DNA from: an uncultured bacterium
Lineage (GTDB): Bacteria > Patescibacteriota > Minisyncoccia > UBA6257 > 2-01-FULL-56-20
Assembly: GCA_963719425.1 (NCBI GenBank)
Contig: OY970382.1
Span: 650,880-714,879, forward strand
Length of the DNA: 64,000 bases
Reading direction: 5' to 3'
In this document: piece after piece, positions 27,796 to 37,929 of the stretch
Position numbering within the stretch: the first letter of the stretch is position 1
Layout of the letters: the number at the start of each line of letters is the position of its first letter
Made by a program: the position numbers and the translations under genes
Notes under the pieces: generated by a model
Databases searched by the model: none
Told to the model about the DNA's origin: nothing
Seen by the model: the letters and a program-made list of their open reading frames with translations, nothing else

Positions 27796-28785
27796 TCACT
27801 TCTTGAGATACTCGATCGACCGCTTTGTATTCGGCCGAAGGTTGTGGTCGTTCTCGTTGATCTCGAGAACGAACGGCATTCGCAAACAGTTCAAATCGTT
27901 GACGACGATCGGCAGCTGAGTGATGTCGCCCTCGCCGAGGGCAACGCCCTCTTCGAAGGTTCCGCCGTTCCGCGTGTACAGCCCACGGCCATCGTTCAGG
28001 TGAACAAGGTCCGTGGAATGGAGCGCGCGAACATCTCGCCACAGTCCCGCTCGAAGATACTTTAGGTCCTCTGGGAAAAGGATACCCATTGTTTCCTTCT
28101 TAGAGAGCTCTGCCATCTTGTAAATGGTGCGACTGTGGCAGAGATCCAAACAGACGCCGACGCCGGAGGCCCGAAGTTCTTGGAAACCCCAATTTCCCGT
28201 AAGATAGAAGGGGTTGCGGAGATCCCGCAGGACAACTCCACGATACTGACGTTCGTCACTGCTGAGATCGCCGAATTCTGGAACAGGTACTGTTTCCACT
28301 TTAAGGGCGATGCCTTGCAATAGCGCATAACTCGCCAAATGTCCGAGGACCGGGCAGATACGCTTTTCGAAGTAGCGGCGCCACGAGGCTGCGGTTTGCT
28401 CGATAAACTCCTCCTCCGTCACGAGCGTATTCAGGTGAAACGTGACGGTCCGAGAACTTCCGATCGGAAGTTCTTCGGCGAAGAGAATACCGGCATTTAC
28501 GTGCCGGATCGCAACCTCCGTATTGTGCAGGAAATCGATCTCGCCGATCGGCAGGTTCGAGAGCATGATAACGACCGGCTTATTGCCATACCGCTCTTGG
28601 ATCTTTTCGAGATTGGCATACTGGAGTTTGCGCTTCTCTCCGGTCACGCCCTTTAATCCGCCTCGGATCACAAGCATAAAACCGAAGTCGTAGCCTGCCT
28701 CTTGTAGCAAGCTACCGATCTCAAAGCTTCCCCCGATGTCACTTTCAAACTCCGCGACCGTAGGGACAAACACTAAGTTTTTCAC
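27796..28785 (-). CDS. Hypothetical protein (possibly xylose-isomerase-like TIM-barrel / sugar-phosphate isomerase-epimerase family)
   Basis: 329-aa ORF with GTG start preceded by a GGAAAAGGAGGG RBS. LHSTDLVHLNDGRG resembles the HxxD metal motif of AP-endonuclease-2 / TIM-barrel enzymes (weak). Confidence 0.55.
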   Translation of the reverse strand: MKNLVFVPTVAEFESDIGGSFEIGSLLQEAGYDFGFMLVIRGGLKGVTGEKRKLQYANLEKIQERYGNKPVVIMLSNLPIGEIDFLHNTEVAIRHVNAGILFAEELPIGSSRTVTFHLNTLVTEEEFIEQTAASWRRYFEKRICPVLGHLASYALLQGIALKVETVPVPEFGDLSSDERQYRGVVLRDLRNPFYLTGNWGFQELRASGVGVCLDLCHSRTIYKMAELSKKETMGILFPEDLKYLRAGLWRDVRALHSTDLVHLNDGRGLYTRNGGTFEEGVALGEGDITQLPIVVNDLNCLRMPFVLEINENDHNLRPNTKRSIEYLKK

Positions 28786-28840
28786 CTCGCCCTCCTTTTC
28801 CTTTCAAGCTGCTAGATGCAGCATCTATACGCCGTAATCA

Positions 28841-28868
28841 GAATAACATATCAAAGACCATATGTCAA
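28841..28868 (-). promoter_or_regulatory. Putative promoter for 27796..28785
   Basis: Minus strand reads TTGACA (rc of 28863-28868), 16-nt spacer, TATTCT (rc of 28841-28846). Confidence 0.35.
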
Positions 28869-28904
28869 ATTTTATCATTTCGACTAATGCGCACGAGGTA
28901 GGAT

Positions 28905-28934
28905 TCGAACAAAAAAGCGCTGCCTCACGCTTTT
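28905..28934 (-). terminator. Rho-independent terminator downstream of gyrB
   Basis: Minus strand forms AAAAGCG-TGAGGCAG-CGCTTTTTTG (7-bp stem plus U-run). An additional 11-bp-stem hairpin lies at about 28985-29031. Confidence 0.5.
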
Positions 28935-29088
28935 GGAACCGTGCGGAGGCCGAGCAAAAAATCCGCGAGCGAATAGGAAATCCGCCGGGCACCCGGGAGC
29001 AGCGACAGGGTGGCGGATTTCCGTACATGAGCGAGCTGGATTTTTGCGAGGCCGGAGAGGGTTCCGAAAAATCGGAAGGGCTGCGCGC

Positions 29089-31161
29089 TTATGCTTGAAG
29101 ATCCAAGTTCTGCACGGTCGCCGCGTGCGCCTGGATGAAATTCTTTCGCGGTTCCACGGCGTCGCCCATCAGTATGTCAAAAAGTTTGTCCGCCTTTTCC
29201 GCATCGTCAACCATCACCTGCTTCATCATACGGTTCTCCGGATTCATGGTTGTTTCCCAAAGCTGTCCAGCATTCATCTCACCCAGGCCCTTGTAACGCT
29301 GGATGTTCGGGAGGCGCGTACTGCCGCCCGCGCTTTCGCTCTCTGGCACTGCTTCTAGGTCCGCCGTGGATATAGAAGCAGCACTGGACGGGGCCGCTTT
29401 CTGTTTCGCAGATCTTTTCTCCGCCGGCTTTTCCTTCTGCATCTCCGCGATCACCCTATCCTTCTCCGCGTCCGAGAATGCATACCGCACGGCCTTGCCG
29501 AGCTGGATGCGATACAGCGGCGGCTGCGCAATATAAAGATAGCCGCCTTCCACCACTTCTTTGAAGTAACGGTAGAAAAGCGTGAGAAGCAACGTCCGGA
29601 TGTGCGCGCCGTCCACGTCCGCGTCCGTCATGATGATGACCTTGTGATACCGGAGCTTCCCTATGTCAAACTCCTCGCCGATCGCCGTGCCGATCGCGAC
29701 CACAAGCGCGCGCACCTCCGCATTCGCAAGCATCTTGTCCAAGTGCGCCCGCTCCACGTTTAAAATTTTTCCGCGCAAAGGCAATATCGCCTGCGTGTGG
29801 CGATTTCTCCCCTGCTTTGCCGTACCTCCCGCGGAATCGCCTTCCACAATGAAGAGCTCCGATTCCGCCGCATTCTTTGAAATGCAGTCGGCAAGCTTGC
29901 CCGGCAACGTAAGCCCCTCAAACGCGCCCTTTCGTAAAACGGTTTCCCGCGCTGCGCGCGCGGCAAGCCGCGCCTTTGCGGTAAGCAATACCTTCGCCAC
30001 AATGTTCTTCGCTTCCTGCGGGTGCTTCTCCAAAAAATCCTTTAGCGCCTCATTCACAACGCTTTCCACCGCCGTTCTTGCCTCGGGATTTCCCAACTTC
30101 GCCTTGGTCTGCCCCTCAAACTGCGGCTCGCGGAGTTTCACGGAAATCACGGCCACCAACCCCTCTCGCACGTCGTCGCTCGTCAGGTTCTCGTCCTTTT
30201 CTTTCAGGTATCCTTCTGCACGCGCATAGGCATTCAAAGAACGCGTGAGTGCCGAACGGAAACCGGTGAGATGCATCCCACCGTCAGGCGTGTAAATGTT
30301 GTTCGCAAAGCTCATCTCCTGCACTTTCGTGTCGTCCACGTACTGGAACGCTGTTTCTACCTCTATCTTCTCCTGTTCTTTATCAACGTAAAAAATATCT
30401 TCCTGCAGCTTGTTCTTCTTCTCGGCAAGAAACCGCACGAAAGAAAGAAGGCCTCCTTCAAAATAAAATCCGTAGAATACCGGCATCTTCTGCCGCCGAT
30501 CAAATATGTTGATCCGCACACCTTTCGTAAGATAGGCCTGCTGGCGCAAGTGATCCAAAATCGTCTTGTCGTCAAATTCGAGTTCGGTGAGAATCTGCGG
30601 GTCAGGCGAAAAGGTCACCTTCGTGCCGTGCCGCTTGGAAGGGCCGACTTTTTTCACTTTATATTTCGGCTTGCCGCGCACGTACTCCTGCACATAGAGT
30701 CCGCCGTCGCGCTCCACTTCCACCTTGAGCCATTCCGAGAGCGCATTCACGACCGACACGCCCACGCCGTGCAACCCGCCCGAAACCTTGTACGATTCGC
30801 CGCCGAACTTACCTCCGGCGTGGAGCGTCGTCATCACGGTCTCAAGCGCCGATTTCTTCGTCTGCGCGTGCCTCTCCACCGGGATCCCGCGGCCGTCGTC
30901 CGTCACCGCAACTTTACTTCCAGGCAAGAGTTCAACGGTGATGTTCTTCGCGTATCCCGCCATCGCCTCGTCAATAGAGTTGTCCACGACCTCCCAGATC
31001 AGGTGGTGCAATCCAATGGAGCCCGTGGAGCCGATGTACATCCCGGGCCGCCTGCGCACCGGCTCAAGCCCTTCAAGAACGTAAATATCCTTCGCGCTGT
31101 AGGAGGCGCTGCCCTTATTAGTATCCTTTTTGGCTCCTTTTTTCGCTTGTTTTCCAGGCAT
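29089..31161 (-). CDS. gyrB: DNA gyrase subunit B
   Basis: 690 aa with GHKL ATPase motifs (…LHAGGKFGGESYKVSGGLHGVGVSVVNALS…), TOPRIM EGDSAGG and a C-terminal tail. Confidence 0.9.
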   Translation of the reverse strand: MPGKQAKKGAKKDTNKGSASYSAKDIYVLEGLEPVRRRPGMYIGSTGSIGLHHLIWEVVDNSIDEAMAGYAKNITVELLPGSKVAVTDDGRGIPVERHAQTKKSALETVMTTLHAGGKFGGESYKVSGGLHGVGVSVVNALSEWLKVEVERDGGLYVQEYVRGKPKYKVKKVGPSKRHGTKVTFSPDPQILTELEFDDKTILDHLRQQAYLTKGVRINIFDRRQKMPVFYGFYFEGGLLSFVRFLAEKKNKLQEDIFYVDKEQEKIEVETAFQYVDDTKVQEMSFANNIYTPDGGMHLTGFRSALTRSLNAYARAEGYLKEKDENLTSDDVREGLVAVISVKLREPQFEGQTKAKLGNPEARTAVESVVNEALKDFLEKHPQEAKNIVAKVLLTAKARLAARAARETVLRKGAFEGLTLPGKLADCISKNAAESELFIVEGDSAGGTAKQGRNRHTQAILPLRGKILNVERAHLDKMLANAEVRALVVAIGTAIGEEFDIGKLRYHKVIIMTDADVDGAHIRTLLLTLFYRYFKEVVEGGYLYIAQPPLYRIQLGKAVRYAFSDAEKDRVIAEMQKEKPAEKRSAKQKAAPSSAASISTADLEAVPESESAGGSTRLPNIQRYKGLGEMNAGQLWETTMNPENRMMKQVMVDDAEKADKLFDILMGDAVEPRKNFIQAHAATVQNLDLQA

Positions 31162-31265
31162 TTTCGGGCCCTTCCGGCCCTCTTCAAAAAATAATCCCGC
31201 CGGAACGGATACCTTATTCTAGCATATTTCCGGGCAAAATTCCAAGCGTTTATGAACGCCAAAAA

Positions 31266-31619
31266 TCAAGCAGCGGCGCGGGATTTCAGGTAGCGAACGT
31301 CCTCCTTCAGATAGTGGACATCCCCTTTCAGGTAATGAATATCTTCCTTAAGTATCTTCACGTCTTCTTTAAGCACCCTGACGTCATCCTTGAGAACCCT
31401 AATGTCAGCACCCTGGGACACAACCTCCCGCTCCAGTTTCCCCATTCTCTCCTCCATCCGATCTGTTTTTTGAGAAAGCACGGCTACCCGCTCATCGATG
31501 CGGACAATGAGCTCTTTTGTGGAGCCGAGCAAAAGCGTGGAGATCCAGTTGCCGATAGTTTGAGCAATGGTAAGTTTTTCATCCATGGTAGTAGACAATC
31601 TCATCGTAGCGATCGCCAT
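31266..31619 (-). CDS. Hypothetical coiled-coil protein with heptad repeats
   Basis: 117 aa. C-terminal tandem VRVLKEDVKILKEDIHYLKGDVHYLKEDVRYLK is encoded by degenerate 21-bp tandem DNA repeats at about 31290-31400. Confidence 0.5.
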   Translation of the reverse strand: MAIATMRLSTTMDEKLTIAQTIGNWISTLLLGSTKELIVRIDERVAVLSQKTDRMEERMGKLEREVVSQGADIRVLKDDVRVLKEDVKILKEDIHYLKGDVHYLKEDVRYLKSRAAA

Positions 31620-31669
31620 GATAATGTCAAAAGGTTTTTAATAATCTTTTAATCTGGTTTTTCGCGCGT

Positions 31670-32842
31670 TCAAAATTGCGCGGTCTGCGGGACGCCGAGT
31701 CCGGTCACGTAGTCGTAGCGCGCGCGGGCGTTGCAATAATATTTGCAGGTGCCGTTCGCGCCGCTCGTGATGTCGCGGAAATATTTGAGCGTGTCGCCGG
31801 ACGCCTTGTCTGAATAGAGTTTTTGCAGCGAAACAGAGAGGTTGAGCGCGTGGATTGCTGCCCATTGCGGCGCACCGGCAGAGGTGCCGCCGACCGTGTA
31901 CCAGCCGTTTTTTGATGAACCGGTGGTGCGATACACGACGAATCCGGATTTTGGATCCGCATTATAAGCCACGTCAGGAACCGCACGATGGCCGCTCGCT
32001 TTGGGAATGTTGTACGCTTTTTGATAATCAGGCTCCGGCTCGTAGGCACTCACGCCGCCGCCGCTCCCCGCCCACGCCGATTCCGAAATGAACGCACCAC
32101 TTTTGAAAAGTTCCAGCGACGTGCCGCCGACGCCCACCACGTTCGGCGACGCGGCTGGCCACTCCGCGCCCGCGCCGTCGTCGCCGGACGCCGCAAAGAA
32201 TACCGCCCCCGCCTTGCTCACAAGATGTGAATCAAGCGAAAGCTCTTCGGGAAATTCCTCGCCGCCCCAGCTCATGGAGATCGCGACCACATCCTTGCGC
32301 GATGCCGCATAATCAACCGCCGCAAGCAGGTTTGCCCCGCTCGCCGTTTTTGCTTCCACAAGCAAAATTTTTGCCTGCGGCGCTATCGCATGCGCCCACT
32401 CAACGTCAAGTGATTCCTCCAACGCCCACCCGCCATTCGTAGCCGTGGAACTCGCTATTTTATGTTTTTCCAAACAACCGTTCTTCGTCGTGCACGCGGG
32501 CAATCCGTAGGTTTTATTGAACACCGCGAGATTACTCTCAATGTTCGGGGCGTCGTATGCGTCAATAATGGCAATTGTCCCCTGGCCACCCGTGGACGGC
32601 AGATTATAAATCCTTTTGATCTCCGCGGGAGTCACGCCCGCGGGCGCTTTCTGCGCCGATCGGAAAATGTGAATCGGCGGCTTGCCTAAAAAGCCAGAGA
32701 AGTGATAGGTTGCCTCCGCCGTCTGCGACGGCGACAAAGCCAGCGACAAAACCGGCAGCCACACCCACGCCGCCCATATCGCCCACGCCCAACCGCCCGC
32801 AACCGCGACGCACAAAACGCCCGACAAAATTTTGTTTTTCAT
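31670..32842 (-). CDS. Secreted subtilase/sedolisin-like serine peptidase (S8/S53)
   Basis: Signal peptide, IAIIDAYD (catalytic Asp region), ASGDDGAG, GVGGTSLE (catalytic Ser region). Confidence 0.65.
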   Translation of the reverse strand: MKNKILSGVLCVAVAGGWAWAIWAAWVWLPVLSLALSPSQTAEATYHFSGFLGKPPIHIFRSAQKAPAGVTPAEIKRIYNLPSTGGQGTIAIIDAYDAPNIESNLAVFNKTYGLPACTTKNGCLEKHKIASSTATNGGWALEESLDVEWAHAIAPQAKILLVEAKTASGANLLAAVDYAASRKDVVAISMSWGGEEFPEELSLDSHLVSKAGAVFFAASGDDGAGAEWPAASPNVVGVGGTSLELFKSGAFISESAWAGSGGGVSAYEPEPDYQKAYNIPKASGHRAVPDVAYNADPKSGFVVYRTTGSSKNGWYTVGGTSAGAPQWAAIHALNLSVSLQKLYSDKASGDTLKYFRDITSGANGTCKYYCNARARYDYVTGLGVPQTAQF

Positions 32843-32887
32843 GCCGCAATCCTAGCACAAAGGGCATTAAAACTTTGTTAAAGGAAC

Positions 32888-33448
32888 GTGATATCATTTC
32901 CACATATGGCCCACGAAACGGAAACGACAGTGCTGAACATTGACGCCCGCGCGATCACAGAAAAACTTACGGCACTTGGAGCTGTGAAAACGCAGGACAC
33001 GATGCTTTCGGTTGATTGGTACCGGATCAGAGGAACAAAAGAGGGCAAGGATCCGTGGTTTCTGCGGATCCGCTCCGACGCCCGCGGCATGCACGAGGTG
33101 ACATGGAAAGCGAGATCGGACATTTTGGGAACCACGCGGCGGCACAAAGAGATCAATTTTCTGATCGCGGAACCCGCGAAGCTGGCCAATCTCTTTGAGG
33201 AACTGGGACTCGAGAAATACGCACATCAGGATAAAAAACGGACATCATTCCGGTTCAAGGACTGGTCATTTGACATTGACACGTATCCAAAGATGCCGCC
33301 CTATCTTGAAATTGAGGGCACAAGCGAAAAGCACGTAAGGGAAGCAATCGTGCTCCTCGGTCTCCAAGGCCACCGCACATGGGCAGAGGGCGAACGCATC
33401 CTTGCTCAAAAAATTTACGGGCTTGACTGGTACGAGATGCAGTTTTAG
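32888..33448 (+). CDS. CYTH-domain protein (CyaB-like class IV adenylate cyclase / triphosphatase family)
   Basis: 186 aa, β-rich, with acidic/basic pattern (ExExK-like N-terminus, RIR, EIEG) consistent with a CYTH tunnel fold (moderate). Confidence 0.55.
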   Translation: MISFPHMAHETETTVLNIDARAITEKLTALGAVKTQDTMLSVDWYRIRGTKEGKDPWFLRIRSDARGMHEVTWKARSDILGTTRRHKEINFLIAEPAKLANLFEELGLEKYAHQDKKRTSFRFKDWSFDIDTYPKMPPYLEIEGTSEKHVREAIVLLGLQGHRTWAEGERILAQKIYGLDWYEMQF

Positions 33449-33481
33449 CCGCGCGCACCCGGCGCTGGATCCTGCGTGCTC

Positions 33482-34903
33482 CTACCCCTTCGTGCTGCGG
33501 TCGTTCACGCTCACAAAACGGAATCCTTCCGAGCGCATGGCGGGGAGGATATAGGGCGTGTCGTCGTTCTCCATGGAAAGCGTGGGGCGCGCGGGTGAGA
33601 GGTGCGTGACGCGGCTCAAGGCCTGCGGCAAGCTTTCGTCAAAGCGAAGGTGCATGGTTGGACCGACGACCTCGCCGTCCTTCACAAGAAAGACGCCGTG
33701 GAGCGTGGTGCCGGTCGCGCTGCCGTCCTGCTGGTGCGTCGCACGGATATAGTGAAGCGTCGTGATCCAGAGCGCGGGCCTCTTTGACGCGCGGATCATC
33801 TCTTCCACACTTGAGGTACCGCCCTGGATGGCGAGATGCAGCGGCAGGGCGCCGAAACTGCGGGCGGAAGCGGGCAGCGCATGGCCGGTGGACACCGTGC
33901 CGTATTTTTTCGCGAGCGCGTTGTCGTATGCCACGCTTTTTGCGATACCGTTCTCCACCAACACAAGTTTTTGTTTTGGGAATCCTTCATAATCAAACGC
34001 CTGCGGGATGCCAAGCGGATTCAACGGGTCATCAACAATAGTGATGTTCTCCCCCATCACGCGCGTGCCGAGCTTGCCGGAGAAAAAGCTCGTGCCCTCC
34101 TGATATGCCTTCCCGTTCCACGCCTCCGCTTGTCCCGAAAAAATGGCGAGGAGTCCCGCCCAGCACGACGGCTCCATGATCACGTCAAACCGCTGTGGTC
34201 CAGGTTTCCCGTCAAAAGGATCAATGTACTTCCCGCCGTGCGCGGAAAGGTACTTCTTCTGGATCTCCAATTTCTTTTTCACGTCCTCCGCGACCGCAGC
34301 GACTCCGAATCCTTTGAGCGACTTCCCCGCCACCGTGCGATACGCGGAGATGGAGCGGTCCTTCGGATCAAAACCGAATATGGAAAGTTCGGTGCTTGTG
34401 GACTTCGCGCTCTGCAAGGTGCCCGCCGAATTTGCGAACGTAAGCTCGCCCACGCCTTGCGCGATCGCGCCGTCAAATATGAATCCCGCGGGCTCTATGA
34501 TGCCGTTTATTTCCTGAATGGTGTACACGAGTTTCCCGTCGTCCATTTGCGCGGTTTCCGCGTCGTAAAGGAGCGATTCAGGGACCGACGCTTTTGGAAA
34601 CGGCTTTGCGGGGATGAAAAGTTCCTCCTTTTCGCGCGGCAGGAGGCGCGCTTTCACGAACAAATTTTCTATCTCACCCGGGAGCGCATCCAATGAATCA
34701 CATGAGGCATTCACCCGCTTGCCGTCAATGATACAGCTCACCATAATGGAAATGCCCTCGCCTGCCGTCGGCTGATAACTCTCACCGTCCGTGATGCGTT
34801 TGAAGGAGCGCGAGCCCTGCACGACCATCACCTCCGTGAACGCCGCGCCGCGCCGTTTCGTATCCTCAAGAACTTTTGCGATTATTTCTTGTACGTTTTT
34901 CAT
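33482..34903 (-). CDS. TldD/PmbA-family metallopeptidase (peptidase U62)
   Basis: 473 aa, typical TldE/PmbA length. Adjacent and co-directional with the paralog 34900..36534 (4-bp overlap). Confidence 0.8.
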   Translation of the reverse strand: MKNVQEIIAKVLEDTKRRGAAFTEVMVVQGSRSFKRITDGESYQPTAGEGISIMVSCIIDGKRVNASCDSLDALPGEIENLFVKARLLPREKEELFIPAKPFPKASVPESLLYDAETAQMDDGKLVYTIQEINGIIEPAGFIFDGAIAQGVGELTFANSAGTLQSAKSTSTELSIFGFDPKDRSISAYRTVAGKSLKGFGVAAVAEDVKKKLEIQKKYLSAHGGKYIDPFDGKPGPQRFDVIMEPSCWAGLLAIFSGQAEAWNGKAYQEGTSFFSGKLGTRVMGENITIVDDPLNPLGIPQAFDYEGFPKQKLVLVENGIAKSVAYDNALAKKYGTVSTGHALPASARSFGALPLHLAIQGGTSSVEEMIRASKRPALWITTLHYIRATHQQDGSATGTTLHGVFLVKDGEVVGPTMHLRFDESLPQALSRVTHLSPARPTLSMENDDTPYILPAMRSEGFRFVSVNDRSTKG

Positions 34904-36534
34904 TTTTTTGCTGTCGCCGAGCGCGACGAGTCAACATTAATATTCTTGTACCAGGTGGGCGGCGTGCAGTGTCCGGTCGCCATGGTTTGCACTGGCCTCC
35001 CCTTGCCGCAATTGCCCACGCCGAGCAAGAGCGCGCTCTTCGCGTCCGCGGGCGTCACGCAATTCCGGAAGAATTGTTTCAGATTGTCGCCGCGGTAGAC
35101 CGGATTGCGCCGCGGCTCCCAAACCACCTTCCCGTTCCGCATCACCTTCTCCCACCCGGTCTCCGTGCCGAATTGGAAATCGCGGCGGTACGGATCAATG
35201 GACCAGCTCTTGTTGTTGCCGAAGCGGATCGTGCCCACGGGCACGCGATCCAGCATCTCTTCATAGGAAATTTCGCCGGGCAAGAGCGATATGTTGTTCA
35301 TGCGGATGAGCGGGAATGAGGCGTAACTTGACGCGCGCATGGCGCCGCTCGCCTCCGTGAAATAATTTTTGCCGAGCTTGCGGTTAAGCGACGGCGCACT
35401 CTCGCGGGAAACAAGAAGTCCCTTCCAAATGCCACAATCCACAAGGACGGTTCTTTTCGCAGGAATCCCTTCGTCATCGCACGCGAACGTCCCCACGCCG
35501 CCCTCGGTCAAACTGTCCGCAACAATGCTCACCGCATCGGAGCCGAACCGGAACGAGCCGATTTCCGGAAGCACGAGCGAGAACAAGCTGCCGCCGGAGA
35601 GCGACCACTCTTTGTCGTCCACGCGATCCCCTTCCGCGCCGTGCACCGTTTCGTGCGTCGCGTGCAGATTGTTCTGCTCCGGCATCAAAATGATGTCGCG
35701 GACGCCCGTCGGCGTCTCGGGCGCATCCAAAAACCGATCCGCCTCTTCCGCGACCCGTCCCGCATTCCCCACAAGATCAAAATCAAGCACCGCTTCCCAC
35801 CCTTTTTGCATAACCGACGGGAAGTGCGACGGATGCGAACAGGTCTGCTTGTCGGGATCGGCGTGGTCGCGCTCCGCCGTCGCCGTGACGCTTGCGCCGA
35901 CACGCATGAATGTCTGGTCGGCAAACACATTGTCGCTCGTGAACAGAATCTTTCTGAAGCGACGCGAATTTATATGCCCCTTCCGCAAAAACACGCGCTT
36001 ACTCACTTCGGCCATCGCGCGGTCCGCGCGCAAAAGCAGTTCCACCTTTTTGTCAACCGCGATGGAGAACGGATCAGTCTCGTATTTGGAGGTGTAACGA
36101 TGCTCCTTTCCGCGTTCACCGTCACTCAAAGAAAGTAACTCCACCGGATGCTTACGCGTTGCCGCATTCGCGCGGGCGTTCGCGACCGCGCGTTCAACGA
36201 CCTTCGCAATCTCCGCCTTGTCCAGCGTGTCGGTCGCGTAAAAACCCCACGCGCCATCGCAGAGCACCCGCACACCGAACCCGGCATGCGTGCCCGTGTT
36301 CACGGCAACCACTTCGCCGTTCTCCGTTTCCACCTCTTCAAAACGATCCTCGGGGTACACGCGTATATCCGCATAAGAGGCGCCCGCGCGCTTCGCGCGC
36401 TGAATCGCTTCCTCCGTGAACGAACGCCAATCTTCCATGGTGCTTTCCATTGTAAGAAAATCCAGCCCTAAACGCCAGAGTCCGTCTACGGCCCCTGGCA
36501 CCAATTTCCCCGCGCTTTTCGTATAAATATCCAA
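34900..36534 (-). CDS. TldD/PmbA-family metallopeptidase (TldD-like)
   Basis: 544 aa with conserved central Gly-rich region and C-terminal HxxxxH-like segment. First gene of the TldD/E pair. Confidence 0.8.
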   Translation of the reverse strand: MDIYTKSAGKLVPGAVDGLWRLGLDFLTMESTMEDWRSFTEEAIQRAKRAGASYADIRVYPEDRFEEVETENGEVVAVNTGTHAGFGVRVLCDGAWGFYATDTLDKAEIAKVVERAVANARANAATRKHPVELLSLSDGERGKEHRYTSKYETDPFSIAVDKKVELLLRADRAMAEVSKRVFLRKGHINSRRFRKILFTSDNVFADQTFMRVGASVTATAERDHADPDKQTCSHPSHFPSVMQKGWEAVLDFDLVGNAGRVAEEADRFLDAPETPTGVRDIILMPEQNNLHATHETVHGAEGDRVDDKEWSLSGGSLFSLVLPEIGSFRFGSDAVSIVADSLTEGGVGTFACDDEGIPAKRTVLVDCGIWKGLLVSRESAPSLNRKLGKNYFTEASGAMRASSYASFPLIRMNNISLLPGEISYEEMLDRVPVGTIRFGNNKSWSIDPYRRDFQFGTETGWEKVMRNGKVVWEPRRNPVYRGDNLKQFFRNCVTPADAKSALLLGVGNCGKGRPVQTMATGHCTPPTWYKNINVDSSRSATAKK

Positions 36535-37157
36535 TGAAAAAATATCTCCTGTCTTTCTTTCTCGTCATCGCGTTCGCGTTTTACGTTATGCTCAACAACC
36601 AGAGCTCGGTGGATGTCGGTCCCTCTGCGGGCGCACCGATAACTGCGAACACCGGTGCCAATACGAATAGCGTAGCGAACTTGCCCGCTGAGCCGACACA
36701 AAGGAACACTGGCAGCGGCACGACGGGCCAGACAGAGGACACGAGCCCGGAGGACGGAGGAACCGCAACGCCAGCACCTTCGCCCGCGCCGACACCGGCG
36801 ACGACACAAACGCCAACCCCGGCGCCAGTGCAGACACCCACCCCAACCCCGGCGCCGGCACAAACCGCCAGCATGTATAAAGACGGCTCGTACACCGGGA
36901 GCGTGGCTGATGCCTTCTACGGCAACGTTCAGGTGCAAGCCATCATTCAGAACAGAGCATTGAGCGATGTGCAGGTTCTGCAATACCCGAGCGACCGCAG
37001 CACTTCGCGCGAAATCAACGGCGCGGCGATGCCGCAGCTCGTGCAGGAAGCAATCCAGGCGCAGAGCGCAAACGTCAATATCGTATCGGGCGCCACGCAA
37101 TCAAGCGAGGCTTTCCGACAATCGCTCGCTTCGGCGCTTGTGGCGGCGAAGGCATAA
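36534..37157 (+). CDS. Membrane-anchored FMN-binding domain protein (predicted ApbE flavinylation substrate)
   Basis: N-terminal TM helix, Pro/Thr/Ala-rich linker, and an FMN_bind-like domain carrying the IVSGATQSS [S/T]GAT flavinylation motif. Confidence 0.7.
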   Translation: MKKYLLSFFLVIAFAFYVMLNNQSSVDVGPSAGAPITANTGANTNSVANLPAEPTQRNTGSGTTGQTEDTSPEDGGTATPAPSPAPTPATTQTPTPAPVQTPTPTPAPAQTASMYKDGSYTGSVADAFYGNVQVQAIIQNRALSDVQVLQYPSDRSTSREINGAAMPQLVQEAIQAQSANVNIVSGATQSSEAFRQSLASALVAAKA

Positions 37158-37170
37158 ACCGCACCGCACG

Positions 37171-37929
37171 ATGAAAGAAACACGCATCCTTATGGGCATG
37201 CCGGTTACGGTGGAGATCGTGGATGCGGCAGATGCAAAAACCGCAGAAGAAGCCGTGCGCGCAGTGTTCAATTATTTCAGATACGTAGACGAAAAATTCA
37301 GCACCTACAAAGACATGAGTGAGGTCACGGCGATCAATGAGGGACGCCTGCACGCACGCGACTGGAGTGAGGACATGAAAACGATCTTCGCGCTCGCGGA
37401 GGAGACGAAGCGGCTCACCGACGGCTATTTTGACATCCAGCGGCCGGACGGCACGTACGACCCGTCGGGCATAGTGAAGGGCTGGGCAATCCGGAATGCC
37501 GCGAATCTGATAGAAAAACGCGGCTTCAAAAATTTCTACGTGGATGCAGGCGGCGACATTCAAACGCACGGCACGAACGCGGAGGACAAAAAGTGGGCAG
37601 TGGGGATCAAAAATCCGTGGAATGAGAACGAAAGTGTGAAAGTGGTGTACGCAAGCGGCGAGGGCATCGCGACCTCGGGAATCTACATCCGCGGCGGGCA
37701 CATTTATAATCCGAAAACTGGCAGAGCGGCGGATGAGATCGTAAGTTTGACCGTTGTGGGGCCGGACGTCTACGAAGCGGACCGCTTCGCGACCGCCGCG
37801 TTCGCCATGGGCCGCGCGGGCATTCATTTCATAGAAAAGTTGGATGGCTTTGAGGGGTACCTGATAGATAAAAACAAAACGGCGACCATGACGAAAGGAT
37901 TTGAAAAATATGCTCAACGCAATAGATAG
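37171..37929 (+). CDS. apbE: FAD:protein FMN transferase (ApbE family)
   Basis: GYFDI…, DPSGIVKGWA, YVDAGGDI and ATSGIYIRGG ApbE motifs. Start moved to ATG 37171 just after the upstream stop. Confidence 0.8.
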   Translation: MKETRILMGMPVTVEIVDAADAKTAEEAVRAVFNYFRYVDEKFSTYKDMSEVTAINEGRLHARDWSEDMKTIFALAEETKRLTDGYFDIQRPDGTYDPSGIVKGWAIRNAANLIEKRGFKNFYVDAGGDIQTHGTNAEDKKWAVGIKNPWNENESVKVVYASGEGIATSGIYIRGGHIYNPKTGRAADEIVSLTVVGPDVYEADRFATAAFAMGRAGIHFIEKLDGFEGYLIDKNKTATMTKGFEKYAQRNR

